From an uncultured bacterium (GTDB taxonomy: Bacteria; Verrucomicrobiota; Verrucomicrobiia; Verrucomicrobiales; V1-33): a DNA stretch of 64,000 nucleotides. The position numbers were made by a program, and so were the translations under genes. Location: NCBI GenBank assembly GCA_903936775.1, contig CAIZWU010000118.1:7952-71951 (forward strand), in the 5' to 3' direction. The notes below the pieces were generated by a model. It did no database searches. It was not told the origin of the DNA and saw nothing but the letters and a program-made list of their open reading frames with translations. Shown piece after piece: positions 1 through 10,870 of the stretch (positions within the stretch are counted from its first letter, which is position 1; each line of letters starts with the position of its first letter).

Positions 1-18
1 CTGAACCGGGCGCCAACT

Positions 19-891
19 TTGGACACGGTGCATCATTGGGCCCGACTCGCCCGTGAGGTGGCCTTTCCGATGGAGGACGCAGGGGATAAAGATGACATTC
101 CGGAAGCCATCGTGGTGCCCCGCAGGGAGAAACCCCCTGTCCTTGGCGGATATGTGCCTCCCGCCCAGCGCGCCCGGCTCGCCGCGGCCGGGTCACCGCC
201 GCCCGCCGCGCCCATCGCTCCGCCGCCCGGCGAAATCCTGCAAGGTATCCCACTGCCGGGCTTCCGGACGGAGGCGCCTGCGGCAATGGTGTCAACTTCT
301 GACAAGGAGGAATTGGTGTCATCGCGCTTCAATACTTTTGAGGACTATCAAACCGGAGCGATGCGGGTAGCCCCGTTGAGCCGGCACTCCATTGATGCTC
401 CTCCCGAGCCGGTCGATCCTGCGGAAATGGAGCGGGTGGCGGCCAATGAGGAGATCCCCCGCACGACGCGGCGTGGGGTGGTGTATCCGGACCCGGTGCT
501 GTTGGTGGTGGGGGCGCTGGTCTCCCTGCTGTGGCGGGTCGCGGTGGTGGCCGCCGTGGTGGCGGTGCCCTGGCTGTTCTGGGCCGTGCCGCAGCCCAGC
601 GATTATGCGAAGGAAATTTATGTGGCGGCGGCCGTCCTCGCCGTGCTGGGGATCGCGCAGTTGGTGGTATTGGGCAAGGCCCGCTGCCGGATCTGCAGCT
701 GTCATCTCTTCTATTCGAGGAATTGTGCAAAAAATCGCAAAGCACATTCCATCCCGGGTCTTGGGAAGACCGCCAGTCTCGCGTTGCATCTGCTGCTGTT
801 CCAATGGTTCCGCTGCATGTATTGCGGCACTGCGATCAAATTGTGGTCCAACAAGAGTGAGCGGGGAGCAAAAACCCCGCCATTGATATGA
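19..891 (+). CDS. membrane protein with Pro/Ala-rich N-terminus and a C-terminal Cys-rich zinc-ribbon-like tail
   Basis: Track ORF starts at TTG 19. The frame is open back to position 1, so the true start may be upstream of the window or at ATG 70. Hydrophobic helices VLLVVGALVSLLWRVAVVAAVVAVPWLFWAV and IYVAAAVLAVLGIAQLVVLG. Cys motif CRICSCH...CMYCG. Its stop overlaps the next start (ATGA at 888-891). No family recognised. Confidence 0.45.
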   Translation: MDTVHHWARLAREVAFPMEDAGDKDDIPEAIVVPRREKPPVLGGYVPPAQRARLAAAGSPPPAAPIAPPPGEILQGIPLPGFRTEAPAAMVSTSDKEELVSSRFNTFEDYQTGAMRVAPLSRHSIDAPPEPVDPAEMERVAANEEIPRTTRRGVVYPDPVLLVVGALVSLLWRVAVVAAVVAVPWLFWAVPQPSDYAKEIYVAAAVLAVLGIAQLVVLGKARCRICSCHLFYSRNCAKNRKAHSIPGLGKTASLALHLLLFQWFRCMYCGTAIKLWSNKSERGAKTPPLI

Positions 892-1973
892 TCTGCCCCC
901 CGTTGTTTGCCGCCTTGGTCCTGCATGCTTCCTGTGCCCTGGTGCTGGCGGCGCCGGTCCGCACCGTGGCGGGTACCGGCGAAAAAGGCTATAGCGGTGA
1001 TGGCGGTCCGGCGCTGAAGGCCACCATGAACAATCCTTTCGGCATCACCCGGGGACCGGATGGTCTGCTTTATTTTTGTGAATTCGAGGGTCATCTGGTG
1101 CGGCGGATTGATCACAACGGCATCATCACCACGGTCGCGGGCACCGGCAGGGCCGGCTTCGGGGGCGATGGCGGTCCAGCCTTGAAGGCGCAGCTGAATA
1201 AACCGCATGAGATCCAATTCGGTCCCGACGGCCGGCTTTACATCTCTGACATGTCCAATCATGCCATCCGTGCTCTGGACCTGAAAACCGGCATCCTTTC
1301 CACGCCCATCGGCACTGGGAAACCTGGTTTTGGCGGTGATGGCGGCCTGGGCGGCCAGGCGCAGTTCCAAGATCCGATCAGTCAGACCTTCGGGCCGGAC
1401 GGTCTGCTCTACATATGTGATCTGGGCAATCAGCGGGTCCGCACCTGGGACCCGAAAACTGGAATCGTGCAGACGGTTTGCGGCTCCGGGCAAAAAGCCG
1501 CTCCGGCCGATGGCGCGCCGTTTTCCGCCGCCACGCCGCTCAGCGGTCCGCGCACCATCGCTTTTGATGGCGCCGGCCAACTCTGGCTCGCCCTGCGCGA
1601 TGCGAATTCCCTCTACCGCGTGGATTTAAAAGAGCGCGTGCTGCACCACATTGCTGGCACCGGCAAATCCGGGTTTGGAGGCAATGGCGGTGCCGCGAAG
1701 GAAGCACAACTGGCAGGTCCAAAAGGTCTGGCGATTTCCGCCAGCGGCAAGGTCTACATCGCCGACACCGAAAGCCATAGCATCCGCGTGGTAAACCCGA
1801 GGACCGGCAGGATTGAGGTGGTGGTGGGTGACGGCAAAAAAGGCGATGGCCCGGATGGCATGGCCAGCCGGTGCCAACTGGCCCGCCCCCACGGGGTGTT
1901 CATCGACAAGGATGGCACGCTCTATATTGGCGACAGCGAAAACCACCGGCTGCGCACGGTGGAGGTGGATTGA
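888..1973 (+). CDS. secreted NHL-repeat beta-propeller protein
   Basis: N-terminal signal-like MICPPLFAALVLHASCALVLAAP. Six or more repeats of the type G(T/S)G..G(F/Y)(S/G)GDGGPA..A.L..P.G, each followed by a short ...Y(I/F)(A/C)D... element, typical of NHL repeats. Confidence 0.7.
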   Translation: MICPPLFAALVLHASCALVLAAPVRTVAGTGEKGYSGDGGPALKATMNNPFGITRGPDGLLYFCEFEGHLVRRIDHNGIITTVAGTGRAGFGGDGGPALKAQLNKPHEIQFGPDGRLYISDMSNHAIRALDLKTGILSTPIGTGKPGFGGDGGLGGQAQFQDPISQTFGPDGLLYICDLGNQRVRTWDPKTGIVQTVCGSGQKAAPADGAPFSAATPLSGPRTIAFDGAGQLWLALRDANSLYRVDLKERVLHHIAGTGKSGFGGNGGAAKEAQLAGPKGLAISASGKVYIADTESHSIRVVNPRTGRIEVVVGDGKKGDGPDGMASRCQLARPHGVFIDKDGTLYIGDSENHRLRTVEVD

Positions 1974-2049
1974 GGCCCCAGTTGCCTTGAAAGCGCAGCA
2001 CCGACTGCAAGCCCCTGCGCCAGTGCTTGGGTCCGGGAGACTCCTGACA

Positions 2050-2088
2050 AAAAATCCCCGGAAGCCTTGCGGCCTCCGGGGATTTTGC
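2050..2088. terminator. putative bidirectional rho-independent terminator
   Basis: Imperfect inverted repeat aatccccggaagcc / ggcctccggggatt with loop ttgc. An A-run lies upstream and a T-run downstream. It sits in the gap between the convergent NHL gene (stop 1973) and metK (stop 2126). Confidence 0.5.
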
Positions 2089-2125
2089 TGCAGGAAAGGA
2101 TGGTTCCTGAAATCGTGGGGAATAT

Positions 2126-3298
<1,173 letters not shown>

Positions 3299-3483
3299 GA
3301 GCGGCAGTGGGTTCGTTGAAGGGTGGGAGACGCGCCCGGGTTCCACTGGAGAACGGAACATATGAACGCATCAGGATATGTTGATGTATGGCAATTTGAC
3401 GGGATTGGTCAATGGGGAAATGGGGGTGGGCTATCGTCAAAATTTCCGGGTTCGCACCGGGCGGTGATGTGCTTCGATGGAGG

Positions 3484-5283
3484 ATGCGCTATCTTCTTTG
3501 CTTCATCTCGATCCTGCTGCCGATGGTGAGCGGCCAGGCGGTGGATTTGCCGCCGGGAGGGCGCGAAATGCTGCCGTCCCCGGACGTGAAAACCTATGTC
3601 GGCCGGGCAGCCGAACAGGGGGCGGCGGCGGAAACGGTGCCGGTGACGGGACGGTCGTTTACCACGGCCCAGCGGGTGATTCTGCCACAGAATCCTACCA
3701 ATCCATGGGATGCTGGAGCCCGTTCGGTATTAGATGGCAGCCTTGGGGCGGGTGATATCGGATTGGTGACATTTGAAGCCCGGGCTTTGCCCTTATCGGG
3801 CCAGGACCCCGAAGAAGCCTCCGCCAGTGGGACGGCCTATCTGGAGGAAGCGGTCCCCCCGAAGTATCTGAAAGCCGCCCAAATGACCTTCCGCTGCGGC
3901 CCGCAGTGGCAGATTTATTACCTGTCCTTCAAAGCGGAACAGGCCATTCCGGAGGGCAAGGGAGCGCTGGTTTTCCATCTGGGCCAGCGGGCCCAGGCAT
4001 TTGAGATCGGCCCGGTGCGGGTCTTGAATTATGGAACCGCGATCGCCCTCAAGGACCTGCCCCGCACTCCGGTGACCTATCGTGGACGCGCTGCCGATGC
4101 GGGATGGCGCAAGGAGGCCGCCGCCCGGATTGGCCAACACCGCATGGCGCCCCTCGTGGTCAAGGTGGTGGATGCCACCGGACAACCGGTGCCTTCCGCA
4201 GAGGTCTCGGTGCGCCAGGTGCGCAGTGCTTTTGGCTTTGGCACCGCGATCACGGCAAACTGGCTGACCCAACCGGGTCCGGATGGCGACGCCTACCGGA
4301 AGATTGTCGACGAGTGCTTCAGCCGGGTGGTTTTTGAAAACGACCTCAAGATGGGGATGTGGGAACAGTCCCTCAAAAATGCCCCGGAGAGTTCCTTCCG
4401 GTGGGAGAACACCCTGAAAGCCATGGATTGGCTCAAGGAGCGGGGCCTTCCGGTCCGCGGCCACTATCTTTGCTGGGCGCCCTGGGAGGAGTGGTCGGAA
4501 GCCTTGAGAGCGGAGCCTGACAAGATCAGAGAACGCATCCTCGCCCACATTCCGCGCGTGGCGGCCGAAGTGGGGGAGCGAGTGATGGAATGGGATGCCA
4601 TCAATCACCTCGCCGGGTGGACCAAGAATATCGATGAAGTGACGGGACTGGATTTTTACACCGAAGTCATGAAGGCCTCCCGCATGGCCACCAAACTGCC
4701 GATCTGGGTAAATGAGGATCAGGTTTTCCGCCCTGGGCGCCAGCAGGAGGATTATTACACCCGGATCCAAAAGCTCATCGCGGATGGCCACAAGCCCGAT
4801 GGGATCGGAAATCAGGCGCATTTTGACGACAGCTTCCTGCCCAGTCCGCAGGAGATGCTGGCCAACAGCGACCGCTTTGCCGCGCTGGTGCCGGTGCTGC
4901 AGATCACGGAATTCGACGTGATGACCAACGGGGATGAGCAACTCGAGGCTGATTACCTGCGGGACATCCTGACGGTTTGTTACAGCCATCCCGCCTACAC
5001 CGGTTTCATCACCTGGGGATTCTGGGAAGGATCCCACTGGAAACCGCCGACCGCGCTGTGGCGGAAGGATTGGTCGGAAAAACCATCCGCCACCGTCTGG
5101 CGCGATCTCGTCAACAAACAATGGGCCACGCACGCCGCAGGCCAGACCGCGCCGGGTGGGGAATACACTGTCAATGCCCACCTCGGAACCTATGAAATCA
5201 CCGTCACCGCGGCCGGGAAAACGGCGGTGGTCCGCGCCCCGCTGGTCAAGGACAGCGGTCCCGTTGTGGTGAAGCTGCCTTGA
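3484..5283 (+). CDS. GH10-like (clan GH-A) glycoside hydrolase with an N-terminal carbohydrate-binding-like domain, secreted
   Basis: Trimmed to ATG 3484, giving signal peptide MRYLLCFISILLPMVSGQA. The C-terminal half carries GH10-like blocks FGFGTAI, ENDLKMGMWE, RGHYLCW, GIGNQAHF and ITEFDV (nucleophile block). The usual WDVVNE block reads WDAINH (see findings). Confidence 0.7.
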   Translation: MRYLLCFISILLPMVSGQAVDLPPGGREMLPSPDVKTYVGRAAEQGAAAETVPVTGRSFTTAQRVILPQNPTNPWDAGARSVLDGSLGAGDIGLVTFEARALPLSGQDPEEASASGTAYLEEAVPPKYLKAAQMTFRCGPQWQIYYLSFKAEQAIPEGKGALVFHLGQRAQAFEIGPVRVLNYGTAIALKDLPRTPVTYRGRAADAGWRKEAAARIGQHRMAPLVVKVVDATGQPVPSAEVSVRQVRSAFGFGTAITANWLTQPGPDGDAYRKIVDECFSRVVFENDLKMGMWEQSLKNAPESSFRWENTLKAMDWLKERGLPVRGHYLCWAPWEEWSEALRAEPDKIRERILAHIPRVAAEVGERVMEWDAINHLAGWTKNIDEVTGLDFYTEVMKASRMATKLPIWVNEDQVFRPGRQQEDYYTRIQKLIADGHKPDGIGNQAHFDDSFLPSPQEMLANSDRFAALVPVLQITEFDVMTNGDEQLEADYLRDILTVCYSHPAYTGFITWGFWEGSHWKPPTALWRKDWSEKPSATVWRDLVNKQWATHAAGQTAPGGEYTVNAHLGTYEITVTAAGKTAVVRAPLVKDSGPVVVKLP

Positions 5284-5406
5284 GATCCGCAGGTTGCGGG
5301 TCCCGCATGATCTCTTGCAAACGGCAGGCGCCAGGCTAAGGAAGCGGCCCCCCGGAAATGGCCTTGCAGGGCCGTTTCCTTTCCTAACTCCTCCCCCTCT
5401 TTCCCG

Positions 5407-5826
5407 ATGTCCACCGAAACCACCCTGATCCTGTTCAAACCCGACTGCGTCCAAAAAGGCCTGATTGGCACCGTGCTCGGCCGTTTTGAGTCTGCCGGTT
5501 TCCGCGTGCAGGGCCTCAAGATGATGCACCTCAGCCAGGACATCCTGAAGGAACACTACGCCCATGTGGCCGACCGTCCCTTCTTCCCGGAAATCGTCAG
5601 CTTCATGCAGAGCAGCCCAGTGGTGGCGCTCGCCCTCAGCGGGGAAAACGCCATTAGCCGGGTGCGCGATCTGCTCGGTCCGACCGACTCCAAGAAGGCG
5701 CCTGCCGGCACCATCCGTGGGGATTTCGGTACCGACATGATGGTCAATATGTGTCATGCCTCCGACAGCCCGGAAGCTGCCGACGCCGAGGTGAAGCGCT
5801 TCTTTGCCCCCGGCGAAGTCTTTTAA
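5407..5826 (+). CDS. ndk: nucleoside diphosphate kinase
   Basis: 139 aa. Contains TLILFKPD, the GTIRGDFG block, the NMCHASDS active-site His context and the typical length. Confidence 0.95.
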   Translation: MSTETTLILFKPDCVQKGLIGTVLGRFESAGFRVQGLKMMHLSQDILKEHYAHVADRPFFPEIVSFMQSSPVVALALSGENAISRVRDLLGPTDSKKAPAGTIRGDFGTDMMVNMCHASDSPEAADAEVKRFFAPGEVF

Positions 5827-5925
5827 TCTGATCCGGTGGGAAACCACGGATTTCACAGATGACCCGGAGGGTTCCGGAGAGGATGTGGGATTCATGAACT
5901 CCGTGCCGTCTTTGGTTTTTCCTCC

Positions 5926-6510
5926 ATGAAACCCTCCCGTCCCGCCCGTGCCCAGGACCCGCGTCAGGCGGTGCGCCGTCATCAGCACACCGACTACGCC
6001 AAGGCCCCCGAGATCGGGGACGAAGATGATCTCTATCAAATCGTCCGGAATCAGAAATCGCCGCTCCTGCTGATCCTCGACGGCATCACCGACCCTCACA
6101 ATCTGGGGGCCTGCCTGCGCACCGCCGATGCGGCCGGAGTCCACGCCGTAGTGGTGCCGAAGGACCGGGCCGCCACCCTGACAGACACCGTGCGGCACAT
6201 TGCCTGCGGGGCGGCGGAGAGCGTGCCCTTCATCCAGGTCACCAATCTGGCCCGCACCATGGAGAAACTGCAGTCCCTCGGGGTTTGGCTGGTCGGTCTG
6301 GCGGAGGAAGGCGGGCAGTTGTTATACGATATCGATCTCAAAGGCCCCATCGGCGTGGTGATGGGCGCCGAAGGCCCCGGGATGCGGCGCCTTACCGGTG
6401 AAAAATGCGATTTCCTCGCCCGCATCCCCATGGCCGGCAAAGTCGAGTGCCTCAACGTCTCTGTCGCCACCGGCGTGTGCCTATACGAGTGTGTCCGCCA
6501 GCGGCGGTAG
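5926..6510 (+). CDS. SpoU/TrmH-family RNA 2'-O-methyltransferase (RlmB-like, catalytic domain only)
   Basis: Motifs [34 protein letters not shown] and LNVSVATGV. At 194 aa it lacks the N-terminal substrate-binding domain of full-length RlmB. Confidence 0.8.
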   Translation: MKPSRPARAQDPRQAVRRHQHTDYAKAPEIGDEDDLYQIVRNQKSPLLLILDGITDPHNLGACLRTADAAGVHAVVVPKDRAATLTDTVRHIACGAAESVPFIQVTNLARTMEKLQSLGVWLVGLAEEGGQLLYDIDLKGPIGVVMGAEGPGMRRLTGEKCDFLARIPMAGKVECLNVSVATGVCLYECVRQRR

Positions 6511-6606
6511 ACACCCGCTGACTTCGGCAGGGACGGAGCCCGCTGGGAAATGAGGGCTGGAACTGAAAGCTGCTTTTCCCCGGCAAAGGTCGAAGCCGGA
6601 TCAGGA

Positions 6607-7677
6607 TTATCTTCTCCGGACGGTGGAGTGGGAGGGCTCGGGAACCGTTTTGATGGCCTTCAGTTCGGCGAAGATGAGACGTCCCGCGCTGGTTTGGAGG
6701 GAGGAGCTGACCGTGGCCAAGGCGGTGGAGCCGAGTTTTTCCCGGGCGTGATTGACCACGATCATGGTGCCGTCCGGCAGATAACCGACGGCCTGGTGCT
6801 CGTCCTTGCCTTCCTTGACGAGGACCAGTTCGATGTCGTCGCCCACATTGAGAATGGGGCGCATGGAGTGCGCGAGTTGGTTGAGGTTGAGCACCATCAA
6901 ACCTTGGAGCTGGGCGACCCGGCCGAGATTGCTGTCGTTGGTGAGGAGCCGGGCATCCAGTGACTTGGCGAGCTGGATGAGTTTGGTGTCCACCAGCTTT
7001 TCCTGAGGTTGATAGTCATCATGGATCGTGACGCTGAGGGACGGGGTGCGTTTCAGCTGTTCGAGGCACTCCAGGCCGCGGCGGCCGCGGTCGCGTTTGA
7101 TGGGATCGCTGGAGTCGGCGAGGACGTGCAGTTCATCCAGCACAAAGCGCGGAATGATGAGGGTGCCGCCGAGGAATCCGGTAGCGCAGATCCCGGGGAG
7201 GCGGCCATCGATGATGATGTTGGTATCAACGAGCAGCGGCTGCTGGATCACGCCTTCGTTGCGGAAGCGGACGTAGGGGATGATGAGGGAGAATTCCTGA
7301 CGGTTGCTGCGCAGGGCCAGCACGATGCCGAGATAGCCCAGGGTGAGGTAGATCACGAGAGTGAAGACGCGGTCGAATTCATCGGCATTGCCCCACTGCG
7401 GCGGGAAAAGGCTTTGCGCCCAGGGCACGCGGGTGAGCAGCCAGGCGCAGAAGACGCCGGTCATGAGGCCGAAGGTACCCGAGCCGAAGCTGCGGATGGT
7501 CATGTCCTTCAGCAGCAGGTCTGCGCCGACCACCAGTCCGCCGAACAGCGCGCCGAGCAGGCCGCCGGTGACCAGGCTCATGCCGCGCATCCCCGCCATG
7601 CCAAAGAAGACTCCCAGCAGAGTGCAGCAGATCAGAAAGATAATTCGGACGATGGGAATGGCGGAACGGGCGGGCAT
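6607..7677 (-). CDS. PIN/TRAM domain membrane protein (YacL-like)
   Basis: Track ORF 6607..8139 trimmed to ATG 7677 (MPARSAIPIVRIIFLICCTLLGVFFG). It has four hydrophobic helices, then a PIN block LLVDTNIIIDGRL, then a TRAM-like C-terminus IELVLVKEGKDEHQAVGYLPDGTMIVV. Confidence 0.75.
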   Translation of the reverse strand: MPARSAIPIVRIIFLICCTLLGVFFGMAGMRGMSLVTGGLLGALFGGLVVGADLLLKDMTIRSFGSGTFGLMTGVFCAWLLTRVPWAQSLFPPQWGNADEFDRVFTLVIYLTLGYLGIVLALRSNRQEFSLIIPYVRFRNEGVIQQPLLVDTNIIIDGRLPGICATGFLGGTLIIPRFVLDELHVLADSSDPIKRDRGRRGLECLEQLKRTPSLSVTIHDDYQPQEKLVDTKLIQLAKSLDARLLTNDSNLGRVAQLQGLMVLNLNQLAHSMRPILNVGDDIELVLVKEGKDEHQAVGYLPDGTMIVVNHAREKLGSTALATVSSSLQTSAGRLIFAELKAIKTVPEPSHSTVRRR

Positions 7678-7812
7678 GGAAACCCCATTATGCACCGCAA
7701 AACGCTGGCTGTCAGGTGCGGAGTGCGCGGAGTCTGGGCTGGCACGCCTCGAGGGCGGGGGGGATTCTTTTTGCGGTCGCATCCGCAGCATGCCTGCCCC
7801 TTGATCAGGGTG

Positions 7813-8580
7813 ATGCCTGACGTCGCCCTGCAGACCCTGTCCGACCACATTGCCACCCGATTGCGCATCGGGGAACTGCCCGACTACCCTGGGGCCATGA
7901 ATGGCCTGCAATTGCAGAACCGGGGCGGCAGGATTGTGCGCCTGCTGGCCGCGGTGGATGCCAGTCTGCCGGTGATCCGGAAGGCTGCGGAGTTCCCTGG
8001 GCCCTCCCTGCTGATCGTGCATCACGGCCTGTTTTGGAAAGGCGCCCAGATGATTACCGGTGCGGCCTTTGAAAAACTGCGGATCGCGCTCGACGCGGAT
8101 CTGGCCCTCTACAGCGCGCACCTGCCGTTGGATGTCCATCCGGTGTTAGGGAACAACGCCTGCCTCGCTGCCGCTCTCGGCTTCCGGAAGACCACTGCCT
8201 TTTTTGACTGGAAAGGCATGCCGCTAGGGCTCCGGGCCACCGTGAATCTCACCCGGGATGCCCTGACAGCCCGTCTCGCCAAGGCCGTGGGCGGTCCGGT
8301 CCACGTCTGTCCCGGCGGCCCGGAGCGCATCCGTCAGGTGGGCCTCATTACGGGCGGGGCTGGGTCGGAAGTCAGTGCCATCGCCGCCACCGGGGTGGAC
8401 ACGTTCATCACCGGGGAAGGCCCGCACTGGAGCTATCCGGCCGCCGAGGAGGCGGGGATCAACGTGCTTTACGGGGGGCATTACGCCACGGAAACCTTCG
8501 GGGTCAAAGCCCTCGCGGCGCACCTCGCCGCGGCCTTCAAACTGCCGTGGGAATTCATCGATCACCCCACCGGCCTCTGA
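7813..8580 (+). CDS. Nif3-like dinuclear metal centre protein (YbgI / GTP cyclohydrolase 1 type 2 homologue)
   Basis: Track ORF 7009..8580 trimmed to ATG 7813. Motifs IVHHGLFW, LYSAHLPLDVH, FITGEGPHW and YGGHYATE. About 255 aa. Confidence 0.85.
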   Translation: MPDVALQTLSDHIATRLRIGELPDYPGAMNGLQLQNRGGRIVRLLAAVDASLPVIRKAAEFPGPSLLIVHHGLFWKGAQMITGAAFEKLRIALDADLALYSAHLPLDVHPVLGNNACLAAALGFRKTTAFFDWKGMPLGLRATVNLTRDALTARLAKAVGGPVHVCPGGPERIRQVGLITGGAGSEVSAIAATGVDTFITGEGPHWSYPAAEEAGINVLYGGHYATETFGVKALAAHLAAAFKLPWEFIDHPTGL

Positions 8581-8644
8581 CCCGTAGCTCCGGCGCGTTT
8601 CCGCCGGAGGAAACCTGCCCGGCCGCTGCCGCGTATCTGCCCCG

Positions 8645-9781
8645 ATGTTCCGCTGCTCCTGTCTTCTCTCATGGATCCCCGCCGTGTTGGTTTCCATGGG
8701 GTCCCTCATGGCGGGCGCTTCCGCGCAGGACACCTGGCAACAGGCCCTGCCGGGCTGGAACTGGCAATTCCCCCGCGACCACTTCACCCACGATGCCTTC
8801 CGCACCGAGTGGTGGTATGCCACCGGCCAGGTGCATACCGCCGCCGGAAGACGGTTTGGTTATCAATTCACCCTCTTCCGCCGTGGGGTGCGGCCCCCCG
8901 GCGACCGGGCCCCGGTGGCGTCGCGCTGGGTGGTTGATCACCTGCCGCTGGGGCATTTTGCCCTGACGGATATCAGCGGGAAGCGGTTTTACTTCGATCA
9001 GCGGCTGGAGCGCGGCGCTTTCGGGCGCGCTGGATTTGCAGGCCCGGACAGCCAGGAAAACCGCCTCGCGTGGGTCGGCGATTGGGCCATTGCGCTCCAG
9101 CCCGGGGAAACCTTTACCCTCCGCGCCACCCAACCCGGGGTCCTGCTTGACCTGGCCCTGGTGCCGACGCGCCCACCCCTCCTGAACGGGCAGCATGGTC
9201 TCAGTCAAAAGTCCGCCGGCGCGGGCAATGCTTCACATTATTATTCCCTGACCCGGATGAAAACCTCCGGCACCGTCACGGTGGATGGCACCTCGCATGC
9301 CGTCACCGGACTGAGCTGGCTGGACCGCGAGTGGGCCACCAACCAGCTGGGGCCGGACCAGGTGGGGTGGGATTGGCTGGCGCTGCATCTGAGTGACGGC
9401 AGCGACCTCATGCTCTATCAACTCCGGCGGAAGGATGGCACGGTGGACCCTTATTCCAGTGGCACTTGGCGTGCGGCCGATGGCACGTCGCGGCACCTGA
9501 AGCAGGGCGATTTTACCCTGACCCCGGTGCCGGGCCGCACATGGAGCAGCCGCAAATCCGGCGGCATTTATCCGATTGTCTGGCAGATCCGCATCCCGGC
9601 GGAATCCCTCACCTTGGAAGTTGCCGCGGTCCTGCCGGATCAGGAACTCGCGCTCGATCCGATCGCTTACTGGGAAGGGGCGGTGGATGTCACCGGCACC
9701 CGCCTGGGCCAGCCCCTGACTGCGGAGGGTTATCTGGAAATGACCGGCTACAGCGGTCCGCTGAAGGCGCTGAAGCAATGA
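8645..9781 (+). CDS. AttH/CrtC-like lipocalin-fold protein, secreted
   Basis: Signal-like N-terminus ending AGASAQ. The blocks TEWWYATGQV..G..FGYQFTLFR and WLDREW are characteristic of the AttH / hydroxyneurosporene-synthase-like family. Confidence 0.65.
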   Translation: MFRCSCLLSWIPAVLVSMGSLMAGASAQDTWQQALPGWNWQFPRDHFTHDAFRTEWWYATGQVHTAAGRRFGYQFTLFRRGVRPPGDRAPVASRWVVDHLPLGHFALTDISGKRFYFDQRLERGAFGRAGFAGPDSQENRLAWVGDWAIALQPGETFTLRATQPGVLLDLALVPTRPPLLNGQHGLSQKSAGAGNASHYYSLTRMKTSGTVTVDGTSHAVTGLSWLDREWATNQLGPDQVGWDWLALHLSDGSDLMLYQLRRKDGTVDPYSSGTWRAADGTSRHLKQGDFTLTPVPGRTWSSRKSGGIYPIVWQIRIPAESLTLEVAAVLPDQELALDPIAYWEGAVDVTGTRLGQPLTAEGYLEMTGYSGPLKALKQ

Positions 9782-9808
9782 ATTTCCCGGCGGCTTACTG
9801 GCCGTCCT

Positions 9809-10051
9809 TTAGCGGGATGACGCCATCCTGACGGTCCAGTTCGATCTCAATGATCTGGAAATTGGGTTTTCGCCGTCAAATTCACCCTCCGATTTGCCGT
9901 GGATTCCACTGCCAACTTTGACGGCATCCTCGAACGGGGAAGCGCCGGCCATGGTGGTCTCGATTTCCAGCTGCTCACGGTGCTCCTCATTCAAATAGAC
10001 CCCCATGATCATGTGACCGGGCACCGTGACCAGATAGGGATCGAGTTCCAT
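9809..10051 (-). CDS. hypothetical small protein, possibly a gene fragment
   Basis: Supported only by an 80-aa ORF in a gap between convergent genes. No motif recognised. Confidence 0.2.
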   Translation of the reverse strand: MELDPYLVTVPGHMIMGVYLNEEHREQLEIETTMAGASPFEDAVKVGSGIHGKSEGEFDGENPISRSLRSNWTVRMASSR

Positions 10052-10192
10052 CTCAGAGTGAAAAAAGGGCGCAACGGGTCAACATAATGGAGGAATTGAT
10101 AGGGAAAAGGATTCGGTGGAGTTGATGTAGAGTGTAATGCAGGCCGATGGATAGGTGTTTTTTTCCGGCGTGAAGCGGTGTAGAAGGGCTTC

Positions 10193-10870
10193 ATGCAGAC
10201 TCACGGATTGAATGCCGGGCTCCGGGCCATGCCGCCCGCCATCCGGCACGATGGAAAATTTATTACTCTGGTTCCGCAGGAAGCGGCCCGCGAGGCGGAG
10301 GAGCTGTTCCACATCTCCCATGGCTTCCCGGAAGCGGAGGCGCTCTGGCGTTATCTGCCAGTGGGACCGTTTCCGGACGCGGGCGCGCTGGAGGATTTTC
10401 TGCGGTCGTGGGGGAACACCCCGGATGTGGTGGCTTTTACCGTCCGGTCGGCGGCCCATGACGCGGCGGTGGGGAGCATTTCGCTGATGAGTCTGCGTCC
10501 CGTCCATGGGGTGGGGGAGCTGGGCAATATCTGGTTTACCCCCGCGGCCCAGCGCACCCGGGCCAACACCGAGGCCAATTACCTGCTGCTGCGGCATTGT
10601 TTTGAGGATCTCGGCTACCGCCGCATGGAGTGGAAATGCCACGCCCTCAACGAGCCCAGCCGCCGGGCCGCCCTGCGATTGGGATTTTCCTACGAGGGCA
10701 CTTTCCGCCAGCACATGATCGTGAAGGGTGAAAATCGCGACACCGCATGGTTCGCCATGCTGGATCACGAATGGCCCGAGGTCAAAGCGGCCTTGGAAAG
10801 CTGGCTCTACGCGGGGAATCCGGGGCCACTCCGCTCCCAAGCACGACGCTTGGACAAAGAGGGGGCCTGA
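10193..10870 (+). CDS. GNAT-family N-acetyltransferase (RimJ/RimL-like)
   Basis: Contains GNIWFTPAAQRTRANTEANYLLLRHCFEDLGYRRMEWKCHALNEPSRRAALRLGFSYEGTFRQH, the typical Acetyltransf_3 core. Confidence 0.85.
   Translation: MQTHGLNAGLRAMPPAIRHDGKFITLVPQEAAREAEELFHISHGFPEAEALWRYLPVGPFPDAGALEDFLRSWGNTPDVVAFTVRSAAHDAAVGSISLMSLRPVHGVGELGNIWFTPAAQRTRANTEANYLLLRHCFEDLGYRRMEWKCHALNEPSRRAALRLGFSYEGTFRQHMIVKGENRDTAWFAMLDHEWPEVKAALESWLYAGNPGPLRSQARRLDKEGA

Noticed and set aside
3299-3411. Possible SAM riboswitch in the metK 5' leader.
   Set aside because: I read the leader on the sense strand and found only a short hairpin (gttcc...ggaac). I could not recognise any SAM-I, SAM-II, SAM-V or SAM/SAH consensus. 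A covariance-model scan (Rfam/Infernal) would be needed to decide.
3793-6198. Very long ORFs antisense to or overlapping well-supported genes. Examples: 3793..6198, 30156..31733, 34991..36958, 37997..40000, 42215..43831, 711..1580 and 19711..20460, plus many 60-200 aa ORFs.
   Set aside because: Their translations are low-complexity, rich in Arg, Gly, Pro and Ala. They lie opposite genes with clear family motifs. Long spurious antisense ORFs are expected in GC-rich DNA.
6607-8580. The 510-aa and 523-aa track ORFs (6607..8139 minus, 7009..8580 plus) overlap each other by more than 1 kb.
   Set aside because: Only the C-terminal portions carry family motifs (PIN/TRAM and Nif3). Trimming to ATG 7677 and ATG 7813 gives a clean divergent pair.
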